A DNA stretch of 64,000 nucleotides from NCBI GenBank assembly GCA_964016885.1, contig OZ024740.1, positions 29,574,001 through 29,638,000 of the forward strand, read 5' to 3'. The position numbers and the translations under genes were made by a program. Numbering within the stretch: the first letter of the stretch is position 1; the number at the start of each line of letters is the position of its first letter. The notes below the pieces were generated by a model. The model saw only the letters and a program-made list of their open reading frames with translations, ran no database searches and was not told where the DNA came from. Positions 21,082-34,200 of the stretch are shown here, piece after piece. This stretch comes from Eledone cirrhosa (Eukaryota).

Positions 21082-22833
21082 CGGAGCCGTTAGCAATCAC
21101 ACGTTCCATTCGTAAGGGATGCCCTCTCTCCTCCATTCTGTAAGTATTGACTCTAGAGCCACTACAGCGGAAGTTGGAGCTGCTGCAGAGTATCCCTTTA
21201 GAGCCGGGACGGCGAAAAGCTTATGCCGGCGACGTGTCGGTAATGGTGTCGAAAACCTCGGAAATCGAGGTAATCGGCAACCTACTACAGGAATACGAAA
21301 GGTTCACAGGAGCAAAACTGAACCCGGACAGGTCTGTCAGTTTGCAAGTGTCGGAACGTGGAAGTGCAAACCGATGCCATCCGGCAGCTTCGTCGGACGC
21401 TGGACGGACGGACCGAAGAAATTGCTCGGGGTCTGTTTCGGTCCAGAACTTCAGGTTGTGAAAAACTAGAACGAGGTCACGGCCAAGGTATTTGCGCTCA
21501 CCCAGAAGTGGGCTGAGTGCAAACTGTCTTTGAATGAAAGGTCGAGCTGAGGTGGCGAACACCTTCATAGCGTCCGTCATCTACTACTGCTTGACTGTGA
21601 TGCCTTGTCCCCATGGAACGCATGCTCTTCCAGTTCCTGAGGAAGAAGCAGGCTTCACTGGTGAGGTGATCCGTCTGCTGTCAACACCCTACCAACGGAG
21701 GGCTGGGCATGCCGTGGCTAATGATGCGCAAACATGCGGTGAGGCTACAGCATCTCCAGGTATACCTCACCGACCCCCAACCGGTGTGGGCACCGTTTAT
21801 GAGACAGGCCTTCCCACAACTTGTCTCGCTGACGGAGCTGCAGTCCTGGGTCAAGCGAAAACGAAGAAGATGGGCACCTGGCACATTGAATGCGCCCGGG
21901 CGCTCACAGTCCTCTGTCAAGCGGGCACAGCCATCAGTGGAGACTCCACTTCGACATTCTATAGAGGGTTAGTACTTTACAAGTGCGACGACGTGTTCGG
22001 CGAGACTCTAGGCGTCGGAGACGACGAGCTCACCAGTCTGTTCGGTAGGACTTTCCGCCCGGGCCTGTGGACAACTTCCAGAGGTCCCTGGCCTGGCAGT
22101 GCTACCGAGGAGCTCTACTCGTTCGAGACAAGATCTACAGGCACGGACGCCCCGGCAGGGATCCTTCCAAGAGGACGTGTCCAAGAAGCGAGCAGGACAT
22201 TGAAACCGTCTTGCACGCAATTGTACACTGCCCGGGCGTAAGCGACCTGTGGAACTATGCAGAACAAATGCTGTGGCGTATGGGACAAATCCAGTTCACT
22301 GCTGAGTCCATAGTAAGGATCAAACCGCCAGCTTCTTTAAAAAACGAAAGTGAGGCGGTTTTCCTCTGTACAGTGGCTATAGTGAAAGAGGTTATATGGT
22401 GGACAAGGTTGAGAGGACTGAGGACAGATGCCTTTCTCTCCGGACAACAATTGATTCATTTCTTTAAGTATCACTTTAGAAGAAGAATCAGAGTGGAGAG
22501 AGAGGCACTGCACCCCAGTAAATTTAGTGAAAGGTGGCTGAATGAAGCGAAAATGGTCCGAGTGATTGGGCCTTCTCTGTTTATAAACCTGTAGGTTAAA
22601 GAAGAGAGCAAAAGAAAGAAATGAGCACTTGCACAACGCGCTCCTGAAGTTGAGGTTTCTTCTATCAACGGGGTATTAAACAACCCATTTGTGGCGCCTT
22701 CCCCCTATTGGGGATTTCGATTGTTGAATTTGTTTGTTTTAATAATATTTTTACACGATTGAATGTAAAATCCCCGGCATGTGTCTTTGTATTGTCCACT
22801 TTTCTTGTGCGCCCTTGTGGCAGATATAGAATT
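21081..22833 (+). mobile_element. Tx1/L1-clade LINE copy 4, 5'-truncated, degenerate (C-terminal RT to 3' UTR)
   Basis: LEPLQRKLELLQ, YAGDV (degenerate YADD), KGRAEVAN and MDNFQRSLAWQCYRG; stop at 22594; 3' end followed by (TATC)n. Confidence 0.9.
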
Positions 22834-22865
22834 ATATCTATCTATCTATCCATCAACCTACTTAC

Positions 22866-22965
<100 letters not shown>

Positions 22966-23005
22966 ATCCCTCGCTATCTATCTATCTATCTATTTTCGTT
23001 TTCTC

Positions 23006-26000
23006 AACATCTGGGTCTTGCTACACAGACGGTACACTTGGACCCGGAGGGTCGACTAGTGGTTCTGGACCTTGGCAGTGCTGAAGGCGGAGCTTTTAGG
23101 CTGCTCGCCGTCTATGGCCCTTTTGGGTCAACGCGGCCGGACTTCTTCCATCGTCTGGAGACTTTTCTAGGGGCGCCCTTCTCCTTCCTTTTAGTGGGGG
23201 ACTGGAATGGTATCCTAGATGCACGTTGGGCCTATGTAGGGGCATGTCCTGATAGAGGGGGTTGTAACAGCCTCAAGGGGTTAATCGGCCGATTTGACCT
23301 GACCGATAGACATCGACTAGATTTTCCGACTGTGCCAACCTGGACTTGGACAAACCATAGCGGTCAATCTAGATCGTACCTAGATAGGTTCTTAGTTAGA
23401 AATAAGGATAGGGACTTTTTAAGTTGTTCAGAAATGCTCATGGTTGGCTATTCAGACCACAAGTTAGTGACCTCCATGGTCAACCTTAATAGAACGCATA
23501 GACAGGGACCCGGTTACTGGAAGCTCAACTTGTACTTACCGGCAAGTAAAGCTTACAGGAACCGGATTAGGACATTAGTTAAGGAGCGGTTGTCGGGCGC
23601 CATCGTCAACAGCAGGTGGTGGGGCTCTCTGAAAGGAGAGATTAGAGTAGCTGCAATAGGATTTAGTAAGGAGTTAGCTTCAGATAGAAATAGGAAGGAA
23701 AGGGATAGTGTAGAAGAGGCAATTAGAAGCGGCGACGTAGCCAGAGTGCCAGCGTCGAGAACGGCCTTGGGCCAGTTCTTCGACGCGAAACACGAAGGCT
23801 GCGTTGTCCGAAGAAAAATACGTGCTCTGGGAAACGAGGGGACCAAAGCTGTTAGCTGGGCCCGCGTGACAGAAGCCAAAAGTGGGATTAGATCCACTAT
23901 CCGGTCTTTGCGAGACCAGGATTGACGGGTGATCCTTGAGCCTAAGCAGATATGCGAGGCCTTTCAAAGGCATTTTGACCGATTGTTCGGAAGGGACGAG
24001 GGGCTTGATGGGTATGTGGACCTCGGTCTATTCCTCGACGGCTTGCTGCGTCTTTCGGACGAGGAGGCGAAGTCCTGCGAGAGGCCGATCTGAGCTGCTG
24101 AAATAGGGGACGTGCTGAGCCAATGCGGCAGACGCAAATTTCCGGGCCTCGATGGCCTTCCATACGAACTGTATATAAGTATGCCGGACTTGTTCTTCGA
24201 TCTCCTCGAAGCGGTCTACTGCAACTAGCAACAGAACGGGGGAATTTCCTGTTATGTGACCAAGGGCGTAGTCTCGGTAGTGAGGAGGGACAAGGGGGAT
24301 GAAATAAGTAATTTTAGGTCCATAACACTGCTAAATGCAGAGTTAAAGATTTTGGCTAAGGTGTTAGCAAAGAGGTTGGCGCTTGTCGTGGGCAACCTGT
24401 TGGGAGATGTGCAGACATGCGCCATCCCCTCCAGGTCCATGCACGACAACCTCCATCTCATGCGATACATCATAGAGAGGGTTAGGAACGAACCCGGCTT
24501 TGGTGGGGCCCTGATCAACTTGGATCAATCTAAGGCGTTCGATATGGTCGACCATCGTTACCTGGATGCGGTGCTAGTGGCGGCAGGTTTCGGACCCGTT
24601 TTCAGGGGCTGGATCAATGCCATGCACAGCAGCCGCATCTGCTCTAGAGTCAAGGTGAACGGCTACCTCTCGGAGCCGTTCGAAATCACGCGGTCCATCC
24701 GACAGGGATGCCTTCTCTCCTCCCTTCTGTATGTATTGGCCCTAGAGCCACTGCTGCGGAATTTGGAGTTGTTACAGGGCATCCTTTTGGAACCGGGATT
24801 GCGGAAAGCGGTGTCGGCCTACGCCGATGACGTGACAGTAATGGTGTCAACCGCCTCGGAAATCGGAGTGATCGGCACCTTACTGGAGGAATACGAAACG
24901 TTTACAGGGGCTAAGCTGAACCGGGACAAGTCAGTCGGTTTGCAACTCGGCGAGTGGAGGGGCAAACCGATGGCCTCCATCGGCGTCGTCGGACGTTGGG
25001 CGGAGGGCCCGGTGAAGTTGTTCGGGTCTGGTTCGGGCCAGACCTCCAGGTGGAGAAGAACTGAGGTGAGGTATCGAACAGGGTGTTTGTGCTGACGTGG
25101 AAGTGGGCGGAGTGCAAACTATCACTGAAAGGTCGGGTGGAGGTGGCGAACGTTTATATAGCGTCCGTCATCTATTACCGCCTGACCGTCGTGCCTTGCC
25201 CACGGGAAAGGCTCACCAAAATGGAGCGCGCACTCTTCCAATTCCTTTGGAAGAAGCGGGCTCCTTTGGTGAGGAGATCCATCTGCTGTCAACACTCTTC
25301 GAAAGGAGGGCTGGGGAAGCCGTGGCTGCTGATGCGTAAACACGCATTAAGGCTACGGCACCTCCAGGTATTCCTCACCGGTCAACCGTTTTTGAGGCGA
25401 GCCTTTCCGAGACTCGTCTCGCTCACCGAGTTGAAGTCCTGGGTCAAGCAAAGACCGAGAAAACTGGACGCCTGGCACACCGAGTGTGCCCAGGCGCTCA
25501 CGGCTCTCTGGCAGGCGGTCCCGGCTATCGGTGGAGACTCCACCTCGTCATTCTATAGAGGGATGGTGGTTAGCAGGTGCGACGACGGCCTCGGACAAGC
25601 TCTAGGCATGGAGGAAGACGAACTGGCCAGCCTATTCGGAAGGACATTTGGCCCGGGACCTATGGACAACTTCCAGAAGTCCCTTGCTTGGCTGTGCTAC
25701 CCAGGGGCGCTGCCCGTTCGAGAAAAGCTCTACAGACACGGGCGCCCCGGTAGGGAGTCCTCGAAAAAAATCTGTTCCAGATGCGTGCGCGACGAGGAAA
25801 CCGTTGCGCACGCATTGGTACACTGCTCGAGCGTTGCCGATCTGTGGGACTATCTGTGGGACTATGTCGAACGACTGCTGTCACGGGTGTGACCAATCCG
25901 GTTGACCACTGAGTCCATTGTAACGATCAAGCCGCCTCCCCCCTTCAAAAATGAAAGAGAGGCGGTCTTCCTCTGTGTAATAGCCATGGTGAAAGAGGTG

Positions 26001-26432
26001 ATATGGTGGACACGCTTGAAAGGGCTGAGGTCGGACACCTTTCTCTCCGGCCAACAACTGGTCCTTTTCTTTAAATGCCATTTTAAGAGAAGGATCACAA
26101 TGGAGAGAGAGGTGCTCTACCCCAGCAAGTTTTATGAAAGGTGGGTGAAAGTAGCGAGAATGGCCCGTGTGAATGGGCCTTCTCTCTTTATCAGCCTGTA
26201 GGTGGAAAGGTGGAAGTGCAAAGGAGCACCCCCTCTCTCTATTCTCCTAAGAAAAGGGTTTCACACTTTTTCGGGGGTGTGGGTAACCCCCGAAACGCCT
26301 CCTCCCTATTGAGGACTGTATTGTTAATTTTATACTTGTTATTTGTTTTTTACTCGTTCCTTTATGTAAACTCCCCCCCCCCCTTGTATTTGTCCCTTTC
26401 TTGTGTGCCCTCGTGGCAAATAAATAGAAACT
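23006..26432 (+). mobile_element. Tx1/L1-clade LINE copy 5, 5'-truncated within APE, with 19-bp TSD
   Basis: ORF2 homology from HLGLATQTVH to the stop at 26201, with several stops and frameshifts. TSD tatctattttcgttttctc at 22987-23005 and 26433-26451. Confidence 0.93.
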
Positions 26433-26509
26433 TATCTATTTTCGTTTTCTCGTTTCATCATCATTTCTTCTTCCACTTTCTTTCCATTTTCATTTTCTTG
26501 CCAATCATC

Positions 26510-26540
<31 letters not shown>

Positions 26541-27038
26541 CCTCTCCCTCTCTACATCTCCCTCCCTCTCTATATCTCCCTCTCTATATCTCCCTCTCTC
26601 TATCTCTCCCTCTCTCTATATCTCTCCCTCCCTATATATATCTCATTGTTAATATATTCTCACTACGATATTCTATTAAGCCAGTCGTCTTCCTTATTTC
26701 ACCTCTCTCCACCTCTCTGCACACCCTCCCCCCCCCCATACTAACTCTATCACTTCCAGCTGAAATAACTGAAACAATTAACAAAACTCTCCAATTCTCC
26801 AACTATTTCTTTATTGCTTCGGTTATCTCTCTTGAGAAATGTTCTCTTTTTCTGAAATTGCTTTAGTCTTGCTTTTACAGAGAGAGAGGAAAGAAAGAGA
26901 GATAGAGATAGAAAGGGAGAGGGGGTAGAAAAAAGAGTGGAACACACACACACACACACATATATATATAGGGAGAAAGAGAGCGGGGGAATTGAAAAGT
27001 TAGAGAACGTGTTTATGCTGGTGAGGAAGTAATTACAG

Positions 27039-27039
<1 letters not shown>

Positions 27040-27076
<37 letters not shown>

Positions 27077-27287
27077 GTGTATTCATCCTTATATATATCT
27101 TTATGTACACACATGCATACATACATACATTCATAAATTCATACATACATACATACATACATACATACATACATACATACATGATGGCTGCCCCCTCGTT
27201 ATCGAGTATGGGCATTGCACGAGAACAAAAATACATACATACATACATACATACATACATACATACATACATACATACATACATACA

Positions 27288-27316
<29 letters not shown>
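27040..27316. repeat. (TA)n and (ATAC)n microsatellites interrupted by a ~50-bp unique insert (27182-27230)
   Basis: Direct reading of the sequence. Confidence 0.9.
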
Positions 27317-27318
<2 letters not shown>

Positions 27319-27779
27319 TCGGTCAAACAAATAATTGAGAAGCTTTGTTAAACATTTTAATGTTCAGTCTTCCAATCGTTCAGCTGCAACTGTTTTATTG
27401 CGTTGCTTTTATAATGAAAAGAATAAGGAAAATGGCTGAGCTGACCACAATTGTAGAGATCTTCACAGTTTTGTACTTAAGGAAGGGCTGGTATTGATAT
27501 ATTAAGAGGTAAGTAGATGGACAAACATCTGAGCACCATTATGCGAAATTCATATCTGCTTTAATCATATATACTCTCTGTAGAAGTGCCTATACATATA
27601 ATAGGCTCGCTTTCACAGAGAGAGCGAGGAATGCTCTTGTGTAAGTACGATAGCGACTAACTGGCGTTTTAGCAATAATGGCGTATGTTGTTTTTATACG
27701 TGTAATTATGGCTTGAGAGTTTCAAGTTATGTGGATCTAAGATTTAGTTTACGTCTTCATTTTGTTATTGTCTATTATC

Positions 27780-28195
27780 TGTTTATATATTTATATATTT
27801 ATTCATATATTTATATATTTATTTATATATTTATATATTTATTTATACATTTATATATTTATATATTTATATATATATTTATATATTAATTCATATATTT
27901 ATATATATATTTATATATTTATATATTTATTTGTTTATTTATATATTTATATATGTATTTATATATTTATATATATATTTATATATTTATATATTTATAT
28001 ATATATTTATATTTATATTTATATATATATTTATATATTTATATATTTATTTATATATTCATATATTTATTTATATATATATTTATAAATTAATATATAT
28101 TTATATATTTATTTATATATTTATTTATATATTTATATATATTTATATTTATTTATGTATGTATTTATTTATTTATTTGTTTATTTATTTATTGT
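27780..28195. repeat. AT-rich (TATT/TATATT)n low-complexity tract
   Basis: Direct reading of the sequence. Confidence 0.9.
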
Positions 28196-28414
28196 AATTA
28201 TCGTTATCAAATCTTCATTTTAATTGAATAATTTATATGTTGGATTTTCTGCTAGTTAATCCTAAGATACTTATTATTGGAATAAGGCTTCAGTGATATC
28301 TCGGCTAACTTTATGTTTCTTCTCTTTATCTTTCTCATTAAGACTACATTCCTTTCTTTATTTCACTAAAAGACAAAAACATGTAATTATTATTAGCATT
28401 ATCATTATTATCCT

Positions 28415-28902
28415 TATTGTTATTATTATAGTTGTTATTGTTGTTATTGTTGTTGTTATTGTTGTTGTGGTGGTGTTGTTGTGTTGTTGTTGTTGTTGTG
28501 GTGGTGGTGGTGTTGTTGTGTTGTTCTTGTGGTGGTGTTGGTGGTGTTGCGTGCTGGTGGTATTGTTGTGTTGTTGTTGTGGTGACGGTGGTGGTGTTGT
28601 GGTGATGGTGGTGGTGGTGTTGTTGTTGTTGTTGTGGTGGTGGTGGTGTTGTTGTTGTTGTGTTGTTGTTGTTGTTGTTGTGGTGGTGGTGGTGGTGTTG
28701 TGGTGGTGGTGGTGTGTTATCGTTGTTGTTGTTGTGTTGTTGTTGTTGTTGTGGTGTTGTTGTTGTTGTTGTTGTTGTCGTTGTTGTTGTTGTTGTGGTG
28801 GTGGTGGTGTTATGTTGTTGTTGTTGTTGTTGTTGTGGTGGTGGTGGTGGTGGTGGTGGTGGTGGTGGTGGTGTTGTTGGTGGTGGTGTTGTGTGGTGTT
28901 GT
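28415..28902. repeat. (GTT)n/(GGT)n microsatellite
   Basis: Direct reading of the sequence. Confidence 0.92.
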
Positions 28903-29019
28903 AAGGTTTTTTTCCCATTCAGGCTAACATGGTTGTTCTGGTGGTATTAGCTTGTTAGATATCAAACTACATTCCTCTCCTTCTTCTCCCTATTATTGGT
29001 GGTGGTATTGATGCTGTTT

Positions 29020-29031
29020 TTACTACTACTA

Positions 29032-29073
<42 letters not shown>

Positions 29074-29174
29074 TGAATGCTACTACTACTATTACTACTA
29101 CTACTACTACTACCACTACTACTACTGCTACTACTACTACTACTACTACTACTACTAATGCTGATGCTACTACA

Positions 29175-29208
<34 letters not shown>

Positions 29209-29220
29209 ATGCTACTACTG

Positions 29221-29280
<60 letters not shown>

Positions 29281-29287
29281 ATGCTGG

Positions 29288-29381
<94 letters not shown>

Positions 29382-29481
29382 GCTACTACTACTACTGCTG
29401 CTACTACTACTACTACTATTACTACTACTACTACTACTACTACTGCTGCTGCTACTGCTACTACTACTACTACTACTTATG

Positions 29482-29514
<33 letters not shown>

Positions 29515-29728
29515 TTACTACTACTACTTACAACAACTACCACCACTACCACTACTACTACTAGAACAACTACCACCGCTACCACAACCACTACTACTAC
29601 TACTACTACCACCACTGCCACAACAACTACCCCCACTACTACTACTACTACTACTACTACTCACTACCACCGCTACCACTACTACTACTACTACCACTAC
29701 TACTACTACTACTACTATCACTACTACT
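29020..29728. repeat. (ACT)n microsatellite
   Basis: Direct reading of the sequence. Confidence 0.95.
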
Positions 29729-30269
29729 AGTTTATTGTCTACAATAAAGCTCATTTTATTATAATTATTTTTTTTCTTTCTCCTAATATTCTATTAGGTT
29801 TAATTTTATGGAAATCCTGAAAAAACTTGCAACTCCACATAAAAACAAACAAAAAGTCGAATGTTGTGCAACGCTCCAATACATTGAGAGGTAGGCGTCT
29901 CAGAAGAACTCGTAAACGTCTGTCCAATGTGACAACATCTAATTTTACACGTAAATTTATTAACTGTATCCTAGAAAACCGTGCTTGCAAAATACCAAAT
30001 TATAGGGTTAAAGTTTCGAATCATAAGTTCTTGGAAATTTTTTTTTTTTTTCTAATAAATAATATGTAGGGTGAAATAGGTTGTGTTCTGGGGAGAGGGT
30101 GGACTCTGGCAGGTTTTAAATACCCAAATATGTGGCTACGGTGCCTCTACCACTCTACAAGCATTACGCCCCATCTACGAATGTAAACTATAAAGTTTCC
30201 ATTTGACTTCCCTTTAAAGGGAAAAAATGTTCTGTTTGATAGAACTGAAAGAACTATATTCTACAATAT

Positions 30270-30413
30270 GTGATGATGATGTTGTTGTTGCTGTCTCAAG
30301 CCAGAAGGCTCGTTAGGCCGGTATTTGTCCCGGTTTCGTGTCGTGAAGCGACTGAGATTAAAAGAATCCCCCATGGATAGGACGCAAGTCATCACAGGCT
30401 TAAACCCCAGCTA
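30270..30413 (-). mobile_element. SINE 3' fragment with (CAA)/(CAT) tail
   Basis: Minus strand gctggggtttaagcctgtgatgacttgcgtcctatccatggggg...gaaaccggga resembles, from memory, V/Nin-type SINE 3' halves. Ends caacaacaacatcatcatca. Confidence 0.55.
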
Positions 30414-30418
30414 TTCTA

Positions 30419-30718
30419 TTATATTGAAAGTACTTTTTGTAATATGTGTGCATTGCCTAGTAGTGCTATTTTCTGTATGTTGCATATATTTGTAAGTCTG
30501 GGGTTTTGACTATATATCTGTCTGTGTGTGTTTTGTATGATTCCCAGAGCTCCTATCATTATAGAAATTATTTCTGCTTTCATCATCGCCATTCAGGTTA
30601 TTTCTATCTCCAGGTCTATATATTTAGATAATTTCTCCATTTCTGCCAGTGATATATCGTCGTCTGTGGGAATTAATACGTCAATTAAAAGGCATTTATT
30701 TCCTTTGAAATTATCTTG
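30419..30718 (-). pseudogene. C-terminal restriction-like endonuclease fragment of an R4/Dong-type non-LTR retrotransposon
   Basis: Manual translation: KCLLIDVLIPTDDDISLAEMEKLSKYIDLEIEIT*MAMMKAEIISIMIGALGII...IQKIALLGNAHILQKVLSI*. The ID..P, EK..KY..L, IGALG and QK.ALLG.AHIL motifs match this group. Confidence 0.8.
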
Positions 30719-30980
30719 GTGTTGTTAGATAATATGAGCACATTCATTCAATTTTGATCTTCAGGTCGTTCAGTATTGATCTTTAAATTTTTTTACGTTC
30801 TACTGAGATAATGATATCAATATTCTGGCATTCACAGACTTAATACTCAAAGCTTAACCTTGAGCTGAACTCAGCAAGGCTTCAGCTTCCCTTTTTAGAT
30901 CACTGCGTGAAATGCCAATCCCCAGACTTCAGGCGTTTGTTGTGCAAATTGGCCACCAAACGTCTTTTCGAATACTTAGC

Positions 30981-31233
30981 ACCCTTCCTCCCTTTAACAG
31001 TCTTCAATATAACACTTACCACCCTCCCTCCCTTCAACAGTCTTCCATATAACACTTACCAGCCTTCCTCCCTTCAACAGTGTACCATATAACACTTACC
31101 ACCCTATCTCCTCTCAACAGTGTTCCATATAACATTTACCAGCCTCCCTCCCTTCAACAGTGTTCCATATAACACTTACCACGCTCCCTCAGTTTAACAG
31201 TGTTCCATATCACACTTACCATCCTCCCTCCCT
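30981..31233. repeat. 40-bp minisatellite, ~6.3 copies (accctccctcccttcaacagtgttccatataacacttacc)
   Basis: Units start at 30981, 31021, 31061, 31101, 31141, 31181 and 31221. Confidence 0.95.
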
Positions 31234-31239
31234 TTTCTA

Positions 31240-34200
31240 CCTTACGGTCCCTGTGACTTAGTACATACACAGCCCAAACCTCTGCCTTAGTGTCCCTGTC
31301 TCATAATACAGACACAGCCCAAACCTCTGCCATAGTGTCCTTGTCACATTGTACAGACACAGCCCAAAACTGTGCCTTAGGTTCCAGGTGACATAGTACA
31401 GGCACGGCCCAAAACTCTGCCTTAGGGTCCCTGTGAAATAGTACAGACACAGCCCAAAATCCGCCTTAGTGTCCCTGTGACTTAGTACCGACAGAGCCGA
31501 AACATCTGCCTTAGGTTGCTGTGACATAGTACAGACACAACCCAAAACTCTGCCTTAGGGTCCCTAGCTCATAGTACAGACACAGCCTAAACATCTGCCT
31601 TAGGGTCCCTGTGACATAGTACAGACACTGACCGAACCTCTGCCCTAGTATCCCTGTGATATAGTACAGACACAGCCCAAACCTCTGCCTTAGGGTCCCT
31701 GTGACATAGTACAGACGCAACCCAAACCACTGCCTTAGGGTCCCTGTGACATAGTACAGACACAACCCAAACCTCTGCCTTAGAGTCCCTGTCAATAAGT
31801 ACAGACACAGCCAAATCCACTGTCTTAGGGTCCCTATGAATAAGTACAGACACAGCCCAAACCTCTGACTTAGGGTCCCTGTGACTTAGTACAGACACAG
31901 CCCAAAACCCTGCCTTAGTGGCCCTGTGACATAGTACAGAAACAGCCCAAAACTCTGCCTTAGAATCCCTGTGACATAGTACAGACACAGCCCAAAACTC
32001 TGCCTTAGTGTCCCTGTGACATAGTACAGAAACAGACCAAACCTCTGCTGTAGAGTCCCTATGACTTAGTACAGACACAGCACAAACCTCTGCCTTAGAG
32101 TCCCTGTGACATAGTACAGACACAGCCCAAACATCTGCCTCAGGTTCCCTGTGACATAGTACAGACACAGCCCAAACCTCTGCCTTAGGTTCCCTGTGAC
32201 ATAGTACAGACACAGCCCAAACCTCTGCCTTAGGGTCCCTGTGACATAGTACAGACACAGCCCAAAACTCTGCCTTAGGTTCCCTGTGACATAGTACAGA
32301 CACAGCCCAAACCTCTGCCTTAGGGTCCCTGTGACATAGTACAGACACAGCCCCAAACTCTGCCTTAGTGTCCCTATGGCATAGTACAGACACAGCCCAA
32401 CCCTCTGCCTTAGGGTCCCTGTGACATAGTACAGACACATCCCAAACCTCTGCCTTAGTGTCCCTGTGACATAGTACAGACACAGCCCAAATATCTGCCT
32501 TAGGGTCCCTGGCACAAATTACAGACACAGCCAAAATCTCTGCCTTAGTGTCCCTGTCACATAATACAGACACAGTCCAAACCTTTGCCATAGTGTCCCT
32601 GTCACATTGTACAGGCACAGCCCAAACATCTGCCTTAGGTTCCATGTGACATAGTACAGACACGGCCCCAACCTCTGCATTAGCGTCCCTCTGGCATAGT
32701 AGAGACACAGCCCAAACCTCTGCTTTAGGGTCCCTGTGACTTAGTACAGACACATCCCAAAACCCTGCCTTAGCCTCCCTGTGACATAGTACAGACACAG
32801 CCCAAAACTCTGCCTTAGAATCCCTGTGACATAGTACAGACACAGCTCAAAACTCTGCCTTGGTGTCCCTGTGACATAGTACAGAAACAGACCAAACCTC
32901 TGCTGTAGAGTCCCTATGACTTAATACAGACACAGCCCAAACCTCTGCCTTAGGGTCCCTGTCACATAGTACAGACACAGCCCAAACCTCTGCCTTAGGG
33001 TCCCTGTGACATAGTACAGACACATCCCAAACCTCTGCCTTAGGGTCCCTGTGACATAGTACAGACACATCCCTAACCTCTGCCTTAGTGTCCCTGTGAC
33101 ATAGTACAGACACAGCCCAAACATCTGCCTTAGGGTGCCTGTGACATAGTACAGACACAGCCCAAACCTCTGCCTTAGTGTCCCTGTCACATAATACAGA
33201 CACAGTCCAAACCTTTGCCATAGTGTCCCTGTCACGTTGTACAGGCACAGCCCAAACATCTGCCTTAGGTTCCATGTGACATAGTACAGACACGGCCCCA
33301 ACCTCTGCATTAGCGTCCCTCTGGCATAGTAGAGACACAGCCCAAACCTCTGACTTAGGGTCCCTGTGACTTAGTAAAGACACAGCCCAAAACCCTGCCT
33401 TAGCCTCCCTGTGACATAGTACAGACACAGCCCAAAACTCTGCCTTAGAATCCCTGTGACATAGTACAGACACAGCTCAAAACTCTGCCTTGGTGTCCCT
33501 GTGACATAGTACAGAAACAGACCAAACTTCTGCTGTAGAGTCCCTATGACTTAATACAGACACAGCACAAACCTCTGCCTTAGAGTCCCTGTGACATAGT
33601 ACAGACACAGCCCAAACCTCTGCCTTAGGGTCCCTGTGACATAGTACAGACACATCCCAAACCTCTGCCTTAGTGTCCCTGTGACCTAGTACAGACACAG
33701 CCCAAACATCTGCCTTAGGGTCCCTGTCACATATTACAGACACAGCCCAAAACTCTGACTTAGGTTCCCTGTGACATAGTACAGACACAGCCCAAAACTC
33801 TGCCTTAGTGTCCCTGTGACATAGTACAGACACTGCCAAACCTCGGCCTTAGGGTGCCTGTGACATAGTACAGACATAGCCCAAACCTCTGACTTAGTGT
33901 CCCTGTGACATAGTACAGACACTGCCAAACCTCTGCCTTAGGGTCCCTGTGACATAGTACAGACACAGCCCAAACCTCTGACTTAGTGTCCCTGTGACAT
34001 AGTACAGACACTGCCAAACCTCTGCCTTAGGGTCCCTGTGACATAGTACAAACACAGCTAAAACCTTTGCCTTAGGGATACTGTGACATAGTACAGACAC
34101 AGCCCAACACTCTGCCTTAGTGTCCCTGTGACATAGTACAGACACTGCCAAACCTCTGCCTTAGGGTCCCTGTGACATAGTACAGACACAGCCCAAACCT

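Noticed and set aside
28293-29754. Poly-C/V/W/H/S ORFs
   Set aside because: (GTT)n, (GGT)n and (ACT)n artefacts.
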